From NCBI GenBank assembly GCA_001179505.1, contig CDMY01000542.1:286187-350186 (forward strand): 64,000 nucleotides of DNA, read 5' to 3'. Below are positions 1 to 14,469 of this stretch, in pieces. A program made the translations under genes and the position numbers. Source of the DNA: Vitrella brassicaformis CCMP3155. Lineage: Eukaryota; Protista; Chromerida. Each line of letters starts with the position of its first letter. Position 1 is the first letter of the stretch. The notes below the pieces were generated by a model. It had not been told where the DNA came from. It saw only the letters and a program-made list of their open reading frames with translations, and ran no database searches.

Positions 1-94
1 TGGAGGATGTGCTGTCAGTAGAGGAGAGAAGGGGAGGGGAGGGAGGGATGCGTCGGCTCATGTGTGTGTGTGTGTGTGTTTCCTTTGTTCATTC

Positions 95-1437
95 AGCAAC
101 AACGTGATTAATGCGATGGAGGACATGGACATCATGGACACACTCACACGAGACGACATGGTGAATGAGCTCCTCGAGGACCCCTCTATTCTGCCGCCCG
201 AATACAACAACACACAGAAACTCGTACGTCGTATGCATCTCAATGCTCAATCAAGCAGTGGGTGGGTGGGTGCATTGCGTCCACACACACGTCCTCTCAA
301 ACGTGTCTGCAGGAGTGGCTCAAGAACGAGGCGACGGACGAGGAGGTCTACAAGGTGTTCAGAGAAGCCATGCAAAACCTGGACGAGTACGTGTGCGACA
401 GCACAGGCACTACACACTGACGGAAACACTTTTGATGAATATCTGTTTGTCGATCGACCGACCGGTCACACAGGGAGGATGAGAGTCCGTCGCGGCGGTT
501 TGTGGACCTGGGTGACATGTTCGACGATGAAGACGAAGACGACGTTCGTGACATCCGCGCGCGCACACACAGACACAGACACACGCACACACACGGGTCG
601 CTGGATGTGTGTATGGTTGGGTGCGGTGCAGGAAGAAGACGACGAGGACTTTGACGAAGACGAAGATGATTTAGGTCTGTAAGCATCCACGCACACATGA
701 TCTGCTCTCCCGACTGACTGATGCACATGGTTGTCGTGTGCGTGCGTGTGTGACATTGCACTGCCTGCAGACATCGACGAGGAACTGGATGACAACTCGC
801 CCTTAGGTACGTTCCGTTCTCACTCGCCCCACCAGACCAGCACACACCTCACCTCACCCCACACACAAACACATTCATGTCTGTGTAGTGTATGTGCACA
901 TCCATTCGTGTGTGTGTGTGTACACGACAGCCCGCTACTGTCTGTCGCGAAACGAAGCCATCAAGTTCGTCGATGAAGGACGGGTAGGCAGCCAACACAC
1001 ACACGCACACACACACACACAAACAAACACACATGTCAGCCAACACGTCACACACGTGGGTGCGCCCGTGCAGGATCTCCTCTCGTCGCCGGTTCCCACA
1101 CCCACACTCAGGAGAATGCCCGACGACCGGTCAGTGAACTCGTCGGCCACACAACACACAGATACACAGATAGACGACCAGACCCCTACCTGTGTGCTTG
1201 CTATGCGAGTGCAGGTTGGCGGACATGGTGGGGGAAATCCTGGACAAAGCCGCCACGTGAGCCATCACACCCCCTGGCTCCCTCAATTCCTCCCTCCCAC
1301 CCTCTCTATTTATGTGCATATGTTTTGATTCATTCAGTAAGGACGAGTCGGGCGCCGCCCCCAACGCAGAGCGCTTCAAGGACAGCCCCAGCAGCGGCAA
1401 GAAGCGATGGTCACCCGACAAGAAGAAGACGGCATAG
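95..1437 (+). CDS. 3' part of a multi-exon acidic hypothetical protein (5' end probably outside the window)
   Basis: Exon-like pieces between microsatellite introns: NNVINAMEDMDIMDTLTRDDM, EWLKNEATDEEVYKVFREAMQNLDE, RRFVDLGDMFDDEDEDDVRDI, EEDDEDFDEDEDDLG, ARYCLSRNEAIKFVDEG. The last exon is ...DSPSSGKKRWSPDKKKTA with TAG at 1435-1437. No family recognised. Confidence 0.6.
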
Positions 1438-2558
1438 CCAGGCAGCCAGCCAGCCAGCCAGCAAAACGCATGACAAATGACCTCGAGGGAGACAGACAGT
1501 GCTTAGTGTCCAGAGATTGCAGCAGGGAAGGGGGAGGGCTCTAGTAGGGTTGGCTTTCATCCGTGCATGTGGGCGTGTGTGTGAGTGTGTTTGTGTGTGT
1601 AGAGTGGGTGAGTGCTGTAGAAGGCAGAAATGGTTGATGGATGGTTGGTGTTCGAACGAACGTGATGTGTGTATTTGTCTGCTTAGTCGCGTCGGAAGGT
1701 CGAGTCGTTTTAAGCTAAGCTATGCTGCTGCTGTAGGAAGGGGCAAAAGAGGTGAGGGGAGGGAGGGATTTCCATCGTTCGTCTGTCCAATGGAGACCCA
1801 CTGGCACTCGCTCTCCCGACACACAAGACGCACGCACTGGTCGGATGAATGAACAAGTAATGGTCGGCTGGGTGATTTAAAGTGTCCCCCACGAGTGTAC
1901 GCGTCAGTCTGTCAAACAATCGGTTTACCCACATGCATAACATACATGACATGCATCAAAATTGACATGTATGTATGTGTGTACGTATGTTATGCATCAC
2001 TGCATGTACGTACGTGTGTTTGGTGCTGCCTCTCTGCAGAGCTCTATGCATTTATCCTCACCTGTGTGTCTATGGTGGCGTGTGTGTGGTGTGTGAGAGA
2101 GTGAGGGGGAAAACTGACAGAGCTGCCTCGCCGTGTGTGCAGGCAGGCACATACATACATACATACATCCACAGTGACCCCACCCCATTCCACCACATCA
2201 CATAAGGCCTATCTCTCTATCCCTCTGTCGACCAATCTCTCTCTCGTCATTCACACACACATGTGTACGCCTATCCACCCACCCACCCATCCATACAAAC
2301 ATACCACGTCCATGCAATGTAGATATAGAGAAAAATGCATGAAAGAAGGAACGAAGGAACCAACGAATGAATGACGAGGGAGGGAGAGCTGCATACATCA
2401 CATCCACACGGACGCACGAACGAACGAACGCACACATCCACCCCACCCATCCATCCAAAGAAACAAAGGCCCGCACACGTCCAAATCAGCCAACGTACGG
2501 CAAAATTGACCATACACCACACGAACACCGCACCGCAGCATGTCATGGATCTACCTGT

Positions 2559-3788
2559 CTACGCCGTGTCCGGCGCGTCGGCGTTAGCACTCTCGACTGC
2601 TTTCTTGGAGGGACTTTTGGGGCGCTCCGCCGAGGCATTCTGACGCACCGCTGTACACACACACACACAGACGCACACACACAGTGGTATGGTATGGTAT
2701 GTCGGCCCCCGCTGTGTGCTGTGTGTTGGCTGGCTGTCTGTGCGTCCGTCCCCACCGGTGGATCCGTTCTTGTCTGCGAGTGACGACATGAAGGCCAACA
2801 GAGTGGCGATCGACCTGCGCACACACACACACACACACACAGACAGACGCACAGAGGGGTGCCGGGCTGGGCTGGGCTGTGTGCTGTGGTGCAATGTCTT
2901 GTGCGCTGTGTACCATGCTTGTGCGGGGCAGGAGAAGTGGCAGGGGCTGCCGCTCTCATTCGTCAGCTCGGGAAGAGACATCCACGGGTCCACCACAATG
3001 TGTCTGCGGAGATGGGTGGCATCCATGTGTGTGTGTGTGTGCGTGTGTGGTGGGTGTGGGTGTGTGTTACTTGCGGTGTGTCTTTAGGTGTCGCATGCAC
3101 TCCCACTTGACGGCAGGGCTGATGGTGGGCGAGTTGATGGACCGCAGAAAGGCCAGCTTGGCCATGAGGAAATAACCCACCGGCCAGACCCACTCAGGAC
3201 CCTGGTGGTAGTTGAACCCATGCGCCACCGATTTGTCCTCGCCGTCATTGGCATTGTCGTACACACCTGATGCAATGCATCGCATCCATCGCACACACGC
3301 ACATCCGAATGGCATTGTGTGTGTGTGTGTGTGTGGTGTGGAGCAGACAGACGGACGGACCTCTGTAGTTGAGGTCGCTTGGGTCAAGTGTCTTGATGCC
3401 GAGCTGCTTCTCGTCGCCCATCAGGATGCTCTCTATCGTGTGCAGGGCCAACTTGGCGTGATTCTACACACACAGACACACACCACACACCACAGAGAGA
3501 GAAAAGGACCCCCGTATGGTGTGTCTGTGTGTTGGTACCTCTGAGAACATCTCAGGCGCGACGGACATGGCGATACATATGTTGGGTCTGAGCTGGTAGT
3601 CGCACCACGGCGAGCTGGCCTTGTGTGAGTCCTTGTACATCATCCGGCGGTTGATCCACTTCTCCTCCAGGTAGTACGGGATGTCGCTCTGCTCCTCCTC
3701 GCTGCACATCACACCACACACACACACACAGACACAAAGAGGCGCATCCATCCATCCATCCATCGATCTCTCTCTCTCTCTCTGTGTA

Positions 3789-3819
<31 letters not shown>

Positions 3820-4898
3820 GTGTGTGGCTACCTGGGGACGTAGAAGATCTTCTCGAAGGATGCCTCCAGGATGGTGTTCCACTTCTTGTACAGCACCTCG
3901 TTGCCTTGACACATAGGCGCCCACACCACACACACACACACACATATATACACATATACACACACGCGTAAGTGCAGACCTGCCCACCCACCCACCCCCA
4001 CCAGCCCAGCCCACCGTTGCTGAGGGTGACCGTCTTGTAGGGAAAGACATCCTCCGGCAAGGATGACACAAACCTGACCAACCGACCGGTGGACGCAATC
4101 ACACACACGGTGTGTGCGGTTGTGTCCTGTGCTGCTGCGTGCCTGAGAGCGCTCTTGAGGAGGCCGATGATCTCCACCGCCGCTCCGTCACGCGGCGTCG
4201 CCGGGACACCCTTGTTGCCGGCCTGACAAACATTGTATACAAACACGAGTGAGTGACACACGAATGAAATGAATGGTCCGTCAGTCCGTCAGGTGAGCTA
4301 CCTTTTCGCTGCTGCCCATTTTGTCCATCCAGGTGCCGCAGTTGTGTTGGTTGCCGCCGTAGATCATCCCTGCACCCAGACAGAGAGAGAAGGACGTGTG
4401 TGTGTGTGCCTGTGGGGCTTGTGCCGACCCGACCCGACCCACCTCACCTGTGTCAGGGTTCATTCTGATTTTGACGTTGAAACCCTCGTCGGTCATGTGC
4501 TCGTCGATGCCCTTGCCGGCATTCCACTCACGATACTCTATGCCCTACACAAAGGACACACGGACAGACACATAGACAGATAGATACTTACAGACAGGAA
4601 CAATGAATGCCTCTCTCTCCCTCCCTGTGTTCTGTCTGTGTCTGTGTGTGTGTGTTTGGACGTGCCTGTGCGCATTGCTGCAAAATGTGGTGGACGAGGT
4701 CGGCCAAGTTGCTGATTGGCGCTGCAGCCATCTCATCCATCCAACCATCCCAGCCATCCATGCATCCCAGCCATAACGTGCGCACACATCCCTATTCACG
4801 TGTGTGTGCGTCTATACCGCTGTTGGGGACGAGGGGGTACTTGAGCGTCACTGGCGTCAGCAGAAACTGCACACCTGCACACACACACAGGCGTTGAA

Positions 4899-4929
<31 letters not shown>

Positions 4930-7900
4930 ATGTGTGTGGCGTGCCTTCAGGCGATAGCTGGCAGTACTCCTGGATGGCCTGCATGAAGAACCACGTCGCG
5001 TCACGCGCATTGTACCGGGGGTTGTTGCCTACACACACACACACACGATCTCTCTCTCTCTGTCTCTGCCATGTCTCTCGGTAGAGTAGGTATTTCTACC
5101 GGCGTCGAGTAGGTTTGGGATGAGTGCGTGTCTGAGCACGCGCGCATAGCCGAGGATCTCCTGCTTGGCCGCTGCGAGCCTCCTACAGAGACACACCACA
5201 CCACACCACACCACACCACAGCACATAGATCACATAGATCAGCCCACATCCGTCCGTGTATCCAGCCATCCACTGACCCCGTGACGAGGAGGCAGCCCGG
5301 CAGCGAGATGAACCTGACACAAACACATACATGGACACACACACACATACCAACAGATGGGGAGATGAGATGAGTGGCCACAAACGACTGACTGACTGAG
5401 TGACGTACGTGTCTCTTCCCCAGTTGCGCATGAAGCCACTTGAGAAATGAGGCAGACCTACACAGCCACAACCACAAGCCAACCACAACCACACCTGAAT
5501 GCGGCCGATCTGTATGCGCCTTGCTACAGAAACACACATACCGGCGCATAGAGAGGCCATGTTGGTTTCCCACACTGCAGGTAACACAACGGAGTGGAAA
5601 CAACACACAGAGAGAGAGTAGGATGTGTGAAAGAAACAGGGCAGCCAGGGAGGGACGTTGTCAGTCACTGTCTGTCTGTCTACCGAGGGGCGCGGACGGC
5701 ACGTGGCTGTAGAACTGGAGTGTCGCTATCGCCAGCTACACATTCACACACACACACACGGGGGGAGGGGGTCTGTGCGTGTCCCGTCGGTCGGTCGTTT
5801 CGGGCGTCTGCTCACTCACCTGTGTGACGAACTCGTCTTTGCTCTGCGACACGAATGGCGACATCTGCGAGAGCGCCTCGGCGCACGCGGCTCCATACAG
5901 AGTGGACATCACCTTAACACACACACATCCAGACCTCGAAATAGCTTATACAGTTCGATTGACTGGGTGTGTTGCCCCTCTGCCCCTCTCACCCAGTCGA
6001 AATAAGTTGGCCTGAGGAACGCCGGGAGGCTCTCGCGAGGCGCCAGCCAAGCGTCACGTACCCACTACACACACATACACACAAACACAGAGAGAGAGAG
6101 AGAGTCTCAACACACAAACATCCACACGCACACCCACACCCACTGTGTGTGAGAGTACCTACCTGTCCGATTGGCTGCAGCTCAGGGGTGTCAAAGAGCC
6201 GCTCGGCGAGGTAGTCGAGCATCCAGTCGCCCTCGCGGACATTGACGCACAGGGGATGATTCAAGTTGTGGGTGCGACGCACCTGCACACACACACAGAC
6301 ACATGCCTCTCATCAGTCTCTCTCTCTCTCTCTCTGTCACACGGACGGACCTCCTCGAGTATAGGGATCACGCCGCAAATACCGCAGTAGGGGAGCGGAC
6401 CGTGGCTGCATACACACACACACACAGCCACACATAAGGCACGCGACGGATGAACCCATGAAGGACCCCGCCCCTTTGTGGGCCCTCGGTGGTTGTCTCT
6501 CTTAAAGCTTTGTGTGTACCCCGGCACATCGTACACGCCTCTCTTGCCCTTCTCATCCACCCACACAGACAGACAGACAGACAGACAGAGAGCGACATGA
6601 CATCAATCAAGGCAAGTGTGTGTGTCAGTCAGTGAGTCCATCGCTGTGGTCGCGTGGCGGGTTACATAGGTGCGGTCCTTCTCCTCGTTGTCGCACGAGT
6701 AGAGGAGGCGGCTGATGCTCGTCAGCGGCACGCCCTTCATGACCTCTGTGATGCTCGGCAGGGCGTGCTCCACCTGCTGACGAACCTGACACACACACAC
6801 ACACACACAGAGTGAGAGAGAGAGAGAGGGATGGATAAATGGATGGATTGATGGGCGTGTGTGTGTGTGTGAGTGTACCTCTGTCCACCCTTTTGCAGAG
6901 AAGACGAGCACACTGCCGGGGGGGAACTTGTCCAGCCACAAATGGGTTATCGGACCTTTCCAAGACAACGAGGCACATCCATCCATCCATCCACCTCTCT
7001 CGCTCTGTGTGTGTGTGTGTGAGAGATAGTACCTACCGGCGATGTGTGTGCGTGCGATGTCGTCGATCTTGTGGTAGAGGTCCATCTTGCCGCGCATGCC
7101 GTTGATGCGGATCGGGTCGCTGCAGACATTGACACACCCGCCACACAAACACATGTGTTTGTGTCAGTCAGTCAGTCATCACACATACCGTCTGAATGCG
7201 CCGATCTCCTCCTTTGGGATGAACAGGTGCGCTGCCAGGTGCAGCGTCGTGATGCGGCCCGGGATCAGTATCTGGTGTGCACACACACACAGACACACAC
7301 ACACACACGCCAAGCCAAAAGAACACACAACACACCAGTAGTAATGTAATGACCTCTCTCTCTCTCTCTCTGTGTGTGTGGGTGTGGGTGTAGGTGTGCA
7401 TCTCTCTCTCTCTCTATTTACCTCAGGCAGTGGCTTCTGGTACTCGTGCGGCCACCAGAAGGCAGACCTACACACACAAAGGTCCATCCATCCATCCATC
7501 CAGCGGACGGACACCCACCCCACGCACCGTATGACGAAGTAGATGGTGCTGTGCGTCTTGGGCGAGTGCCGTTGGATCACCGTCAAGTCCTCAGCTGCAT
7601 GCAAGAATGGAACGAGTGCCACAACAAATTCGCTGATGCTCGGATGGATGGATGTCGAGTCGTAGCCCTCCAACTCACCCATCAGGTCGAGGTACATCTC
7701 GTCGTAGCCCTCCTGGCCCATCTGCACACACACACACACACACACATCCACACGCGATGCATCCATTCGTCCACTAGTTCGTTGACCCACCTGGTAGTGC
7801 AGGTCGTTGAGGACCCTCTTTGCCGCCATGATGCCCACCAACTCGTCCCCAGGCAGCCACGCCCTGCTTGACGTCGGACGCCCACCTGCACACACACACC

Positions 7901-9029
7901 CAAACACCCCCCAACGCACCCAAATCTCCCTCCCTCCGTGTGTGTGTGTGTGTGCACAGCGCAGCGCATCGCATCGCATCAGAGTCCCCACCGATCCGTA
8001 TGACATTGTTGATGTTGCCGTCGTCGGCCATGACGGCGGGCTGGCTCTCGTCGATCTGCCAGCAGCCGTCCACCACAAATTTGAACTATACCAAGCCAAC
8101 ACAACACAGCACATCAACAAATCGCAGAGAGAGAGGGAGAGAGAGAGAGAGATGAAGATTCATCTCTCTCTGTCAGATCTCTCTCTGTCAGCGAGTTGTG
8201 CCAGTGTTTTGAAGCGGAGAAAGGACCTACCTGGAACTCTTCTGCGTCGGTAGGGAGCTGCTTGCCCACGTAGAGGTCGCACTTGAACAGCCCGTCGCCC
8301 TCAGCCGTCATCGGCTGCATGGCATATACAACCAATCAGACATTCATCCTCTCTCTCTCCCCCTCTCTGTGTTATTGCTGACCTCAGGCACTGTCCAGGA
8401 GTCCCATGAGCCCACGAGCTGCACCTTACGCCCTCCTCGCTGCCAGCGAATCGTCACCTGTCCGCAACAAACCGACACCCACATCACACACACAAGTATC
8501 TTCCGTCATCCGTTTCGCTGCTCTCTCTTTCTCTGTGGGTGCGTTGTCATGTGTGTGGCGTGCAGACAGACCCTCTTGTCCCACAGTCGCTCTGTGGCTG
8601 CCGTCGGGCCCTCCTTGCCGTTCACCAGCTGCACACACACACACACACACACACATCCATCCATCCACACACACACAACCTCTGCCCCCCCTCCCCCCCC
8701 GTCTCTCTCTGTGCAGAGAAAGTGGCTGTACTTTTTTGCCGGTGGTGGTTGTCTCGGTTGGCACGCTGCGCGCCACCGACTTGGGCACCGCGCCCGGGCC
8801 GGTTGAGGGCATGTGGAATGGGTCGTCCTCGGGGGTCTCCTCCAATGTGTCCTTCGGCTGCTCGACCGGCTCATCCTCTGCACAACCATCACACACACAC
8901 ACAAGGGGCGTCCATCCCACAGAGATGGATGGGCGTGTCGGCGCACCGTTGACTTGTTCGGGTGGGAGGTCTTTGGTGGCGAATGGGCTCATCTTGGGCG
9001 GTGTGCGGAGGAAATCCTCATCTACACAG

Positions 9030-9064
<35 letters not shown>

Positions 9065-12000
9065 AAGAGAGAGAGTGAGAGGCCATCCACCAGAAGCTCA
9101 CCTGGCGTGTCGTCGAAGTCCTGATGTATCCGGTGCTCCAGGACCACATTGAGATGGTGGGGAACCAACTCTACACACACACCACACACACCACACACAA
9201 GTGACACCCACCCTTCCCCGTGTGTGCACGTCCATCAGACGCACCGTCGAACCCTCGCGTGGACCCGGTCGCACACACACTGGCCGCCACAAAGGCTGCT
9301 GTGGGCAGCGCCTCTGCTGGTGTGCGCTTCTCTGAGCCAACACACGACACACACACACACATATACACGAACGAACGGGGCTGGGCGTGTGTGTGTGTGT
9401 GTGTGTGGCGTACCAGCCATGGTCTCGTTGTCGTGTGTGCAGTCGAAAAACTGACGAGAGATGGACAATGTACCAAACGAGCCAAGTGCACTCACTGTCA
9501 CACAGACGTGTGTCATCAACTATTCCCACAGGCAACGCACCAGAGCGGTGGCCATGGACGGGTGCAGCGGAACCGGATGAGGCGAAGGGCCTGCACACAG
9601 TACACACAGACCACACAAACCGTATCAACAAACCACTTCATCCTTAAAGACCACTTCATCCTTAAGGGCTTAATGGCGTTGTGTGCATACCCCCGGCATT
9701 GTTTGCGCCGCCGCCACCTGCGATGCCGCTGTTCATGAAGAGGTGCCTGTCTTTGGCTGGGATGGGGCTGAACGCACCCACACAACGACCGCCGTACTTG
9801 ATCACGTGGGCAGCTGTCGTGAGTGATGCACACACGAGCAGAGAGAAAGAGAGAGAGTTTGTCACGGCATCCCTCTGTGTGTGTGTGTGTGTGTGTGTAC
9901 CGAGGTCGCCCGGTGACCAGGTCTGCATAGCCTCTCGGATGAGAGCGTTCAGACCCAACTCGCCCTCGAAGTGCAAATCAGTCGCCTACACACCCACAAC
10001 CACACCCACAACCACACCCACAACCACACCCACAACCACACCCACACCCACACCAACAACCACACCCACAATACAAAACAAACAATGGTCTTTGGTCACA
10101 TCACATATGGCCCACTCAATTCATTCAACGCACCTGCACCCCGGTGAATAGCTCCGCATAGACGAACAGGTCTGAGCGCACCGAGCGGGCCGCGCGTAGC
10201 ATGTGCTGCACCCAGTGCACCGCACACCCAGGCCAGCCATTGTGTCGTGTGGCAGCCATACCATACACACACACGTGTGTGTCTCTTTGCGAAGGGACGT
10301 CTGTGTGTGCGAGGGGTGAGTGCGCCCCACGGCGTACCTTGGCCACGTGTATGGGGGTGGAGTGGCAGTTGTCCAGACGCACACCGTGGAATATCTGGGA
10401 AACACACACACACACACACACATTCGCCCCGCCCCACACGCTTTTCTTTCACCCTTACCACTTACCTCTGCCATGCCCTTGACATACTTCTCCATCCACT
10501 GCCACAGAAACGGACAACTCTCGGGCGAAGACCCATACCTACACACACAACACAACACAAGACAAGAATAGAATAATGGGTGGAGGAGACCAGATCCCAC
10601 AACGCACCGCGCCGCCCCGCCCCCTTTAGTTACCTGAGTTTGATGCAGTCGGTCCAGGCGCAGAGTTCCCTCCGCAGGTACACGAGGCTGCCCGCCGCAC
10701 CGAAGTCCTTCGTGGCGTCCCATCCCATCACCCACCTAATGCATGGATGGCACACATCACATTAAACCACACATCCATCCATCCATCCATTCATCCATCT
10801 AGGTTCGCCAGAGAGACGTATGGATGCATCGCTCTCTCTCTCTCACCCGTTGTTGGCCACAGCGGTCTTGGTGCCATCCTTTGCCTGTTTGTTTCGTCCA
10901 TCAGATCAGGCACACACGCGTCGGTCAACGAATGCGTGTGTGTGTGTGTGTGTGTGAAGGAGGGAGGGAGGGAGGCGTAAGCGATGCGCACCGTGACATA
11001 CGAGAAGTATCTCGGCGCCAGCAGCTCCCACCGCCTGTCGCCCAGAGGGCCTTTCTTCTGCTCGAGACGCTCCCACCTACACACACACACACACATCCAT
11101 CCATCCCTCTCTCCCTCTGTGTGTGTGTGGGTGAGAGGGGGGAAGGGGGGAGGGTTTAGGGTACCGTGCATAGCCCTGTATGGCGCCCTGGATGAAGTCG
11201 ACGCTCTCGGCAGCTGCTTTGGTCAGCTCCGCTTGGATGGCCTCAAGCAACGCACTCAGCTCAGCCTTATTGATCGCACACACCACCCACAGAGAGAGAG
11301 AGAGAGAGATGCATGTCTGCGCGTCTGTGTGCAAGGCGCCCACCTTGCTGGCGCAGACTTGTCGAGAAACCTCGCCCGGCACCGTCATGGCGTTGCGCTT
11401 GACGCCGAGCGTCTTGATCAGCTCCTGCTTGAGGTACTCCTTCTGCCTCTCCTTCGCAGTGGGCGGCACCACGGCAGGGTGGGGGTCCTGAATGAATGAA
11501 CCACACAAGACACAACACACACAACGCACACGAGCCATACAATGCACTGCACACACGCGCGCACCCTCAGACACACGAAGGCAGCGCACCTCATGGGACG
11601 GTGGTGGGGGCGGAGGGGGCGCCAACACACCCGGTGTGCAGTAGACGTCGAAGTCCACTATCTCTGACGGCCTGCATAGCCCCACACACACACACACACA
11701 CACACGAGAGTGGGTGAGGTGAGTGGCTGGGCAGCGGAGGGTTGAGGTTGAGGTGGGTACTTGGCGTTCTCGAAGTTTGCTAGGGTGGTCTTGACGTCGA
11801 TGGTGTACCACTCGAGCATCTTGAAGGGCTCCAATACCTCCACACGCATCGCAGATATCACCCTGCACACACAGAGAGAGACGCGTACGGCCTCGGCCCC
11901 TGCCCCCCCTCTCTCTCCCTCTCTCTCTCTCTCTCTGGTGCGCACGGACTTGGTGAGCTTCTCCTCGGTGTCAATGTGCTCGTTGATGCCGTATTTCTTG

Positions 12001-13610
12001 ACATGCTTGTGCGCTGCACTCATTGCGTCGCACACGCATCCATCCATCCATCCATCCACCCACACAGAGAGGGAGGGCGGTGTGCATCTCTGTCATGTGT
12101 ACCGAGTATGTCGAGGGAGAATTCGGCGAGCATCTCGTCGAGCTCGAGGGCGGCCGTCAGGTGGGGCGCTGTGTGGACAGTGTAACCACACTCGGGGTGC
12201 TCTGCCACCCTACACACACACACACAGAGAGAGAGAGAGGGAGAGAGGGAGAGAGAGGGGGGGCAGGTCTGTCTGTCTGTCTGTCTGTTGGTATGTGTCT
12301 CTCTCTGTGGGGCGGGTGTGGTGTGTACCAGCCTACCATGGGCTGTTGTTTGCCGTGTGGTTGAGGACGATGTCGATGGTGGACAGGACGCCGTGCTCCT
12401 TCTCAAACTGACTGATTGCCTCCTGTCGACACACAGACACACACCAACACCCCACATACAGGGCCGGCCATCCTATCCCTCCTCCCTCTCTCTGTGTGTG
12501 CGTCTGTGTGGTAGGTACTTTGAGCGCTTTCATCCGCTCTGCGTCGGGGACGCTCTTGGCGTCGTGGAAGAACTCATCGCTGATGGCATTCTGGTCGGCC
12601 AGCGAATAGCACGAGCCGCTCTCGCCTGTTTTCTGCACACACACACAGGGAGACAGGGAGAGAGAAATGGATGGATGGATGGATGGATGGATGGAGGGAT
12701 GGAGGGATGGGTGGCCGTACCTGAACAGGTGTGAAGTGTATCATATTGTAGTTGAGCTCTGCGGGCGACTTGATCATCCGCGGCCACCGTCGGATGCGGC
12801 CCATGCACCGCGACATGACCGACTGCATCACTATCGCGTTGGGCAGAATGGCCTTCCCTGAACACACACACACACACACACATGACACCTCGCATAGCAT
12901 TCACACAACGGCGGCGCACACACAGACAGACAGACAGACAGACACACAGACCGTTGCATTTCAGGACAGGCTCGACGATCAGGTTGGTCTCGGGACCTTC
13001 ACGCGGCAGCTTGCTGTCAAACCTACACACAACACACAACACACACGCAACACATCCACAGGCATCTCTCTCCCTCCCTCCCTCCCTCCCTCCCTGCCTG
13101 TGTGTGTCTGTAGGGCACTGCCCACTCACTCTGTGGCGGTGAGTTTGAAGACATACGGCCCGGGCGTCGCGGCGGTGAAGGTGCAGTACCAGTTGCCCAA
13201 CTCGTCCGAGCTGCCCTCGTCCTTCGACACCCTACACACACACACACACACACATTGATGCAGGCCCGTTGCTGCGGCAATGGCTAGCTGATACTTACTT
13301 GCCGATGGGGTCCTCGATGTTAAGGCAAGGCTGCTGGTTGAGGGGAAACCCGGCGGGCAGCCACATGTTGATGGTGTCGCCATTCCTGATGCGGAAGTTG
13401 CCGTGCGCCCCGTTCTCGCGAAGGAACCCTCCGGACTCGTCAAACTGACAGTCAACACGCACACACACACACACATGGATCGATGACGCAACACACACAT
13501 TGCGACATAAAGTGCTGCTCCTCTCCTCTGTGTGTGTGTGTGTGTAGGGTACCTACCTGCACTTTCCACTCGGTGGGCGGGAGCGGCCCGTCGCCGTCGG
13601 TGTCCGGCAT
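2559..13610 (-). CDS. AGL: Glycogen debranching enzyme (4-alpha-glucanotransferase / amylo-alpha-1,6-glucosidase), roughly 40+ exons, with an internal CBM48
   Basis: Diagnostic motifs occur in order: [160 protein letters not shown]...CPAQAWS. Stop at 2559. The start ATG at 13610 (MPDTDGD...) is tentative. Confidence 0.97.
7985..8460 (-). other. AMPK-beta-like CBM48 glycogen-binding domain encoded by three exons inside the debranching enzyme gene
   Basis: [25 protein letters not shown] (about 8385-8458), [28 protein letters not shown] (about 8232-8322) and [31 protein letters not shown] (about 7985-8090). These match the CBM48 consensus V.F.W..GG..V.L.GSF..W...Y.F.VDG.W..D...P...D..GN.NN.I. 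Confidence 0.88.
9990..10070. repeat. 12-bp minisatellite (CCACACCCACAA)n in a debranching-enzyme intron
   Basis: cacacccacaaccacacccacaaccacacccacaaccacacccacaacc... Confidence 0.8.
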
Positions 13611-14469
13611 GGCCAGCTGGTCGATGGATGGGCAGATGCCTCACCTCACCCAATCAGTCAATCAAGGACTTAACTAACCTGCCTGAACGAATGACACGCA
13701 AGCAGTGGGGAGAGGGGAGCACACCTGCGCATAGCCAACCAACCGGGAGATCCTTCCGTACAAGCCAAGCCAAGTGAGTGCGTAGATCAATCAGGTCAGA
13801 CACACACCACACCCGCCCACTGCAGTGCACTGCACTCGAATCGACCCAACGCCGCCTGCAGACCACGGACGTACAGATGCAGCATGAGATGCCACGCGAT
13901 GAGTGTAGGAAGATAGGTAACACAGATAGGCACTACCAGCTGTGCTCTGCACGGCACGGCAGCTCGACACACACCTGTGCTGTGCATCGCTTCATCTGTG
14001 GGTGTGCATGTGTGCATACCTGAGAGGGAGGCTCTCTCAGCAGGAGAGAGCGTATCTAGAGTGCCAATCAGTCTGCCTTGCTGAGGTGCAATCGGCTGAG
14101 TGCGTCGAGGCGCAGCCAACAGCAGTGCGGTGCTGCACCCCCACAAAGATCTGCACCCACCCTTGCCGGCTTAGCTCGCAGACTAGCCGCGAAACTGTTG
14201 GACAGACCGACAGGGGACTTGGCCGTCAGGCCACCTAGGGTGCTCCCTGAAACCGCAGTCGCGAAACTGTTCGCCTTGGCCAGAAGCGAAAGGGAAACTG
14301 TCTGAGAACGTTTCCTAACTGCGTGTTGAAGCGCGTTTGTTCAAGTGAGTTGAAGATGCATGTGTGCAGAGAAAGACAGACACACACACAGGCAGATCTC
14401 TCAGGCACCTGTGTCTGTCTGTGTGGTGATGACATGATTGTGTCAGCAGGTAGGTGAAGATCAGCCATC

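Noticed and set aside
9630-9668. 18-bp tandem duplication (accacttcatccttaaag)x2 suggesting a repeated LRMKW peptide
   Set aside because: It lies inside an AGL intron (the exon ends at ...ANNAG|gt), so it is a trivial local duplication.
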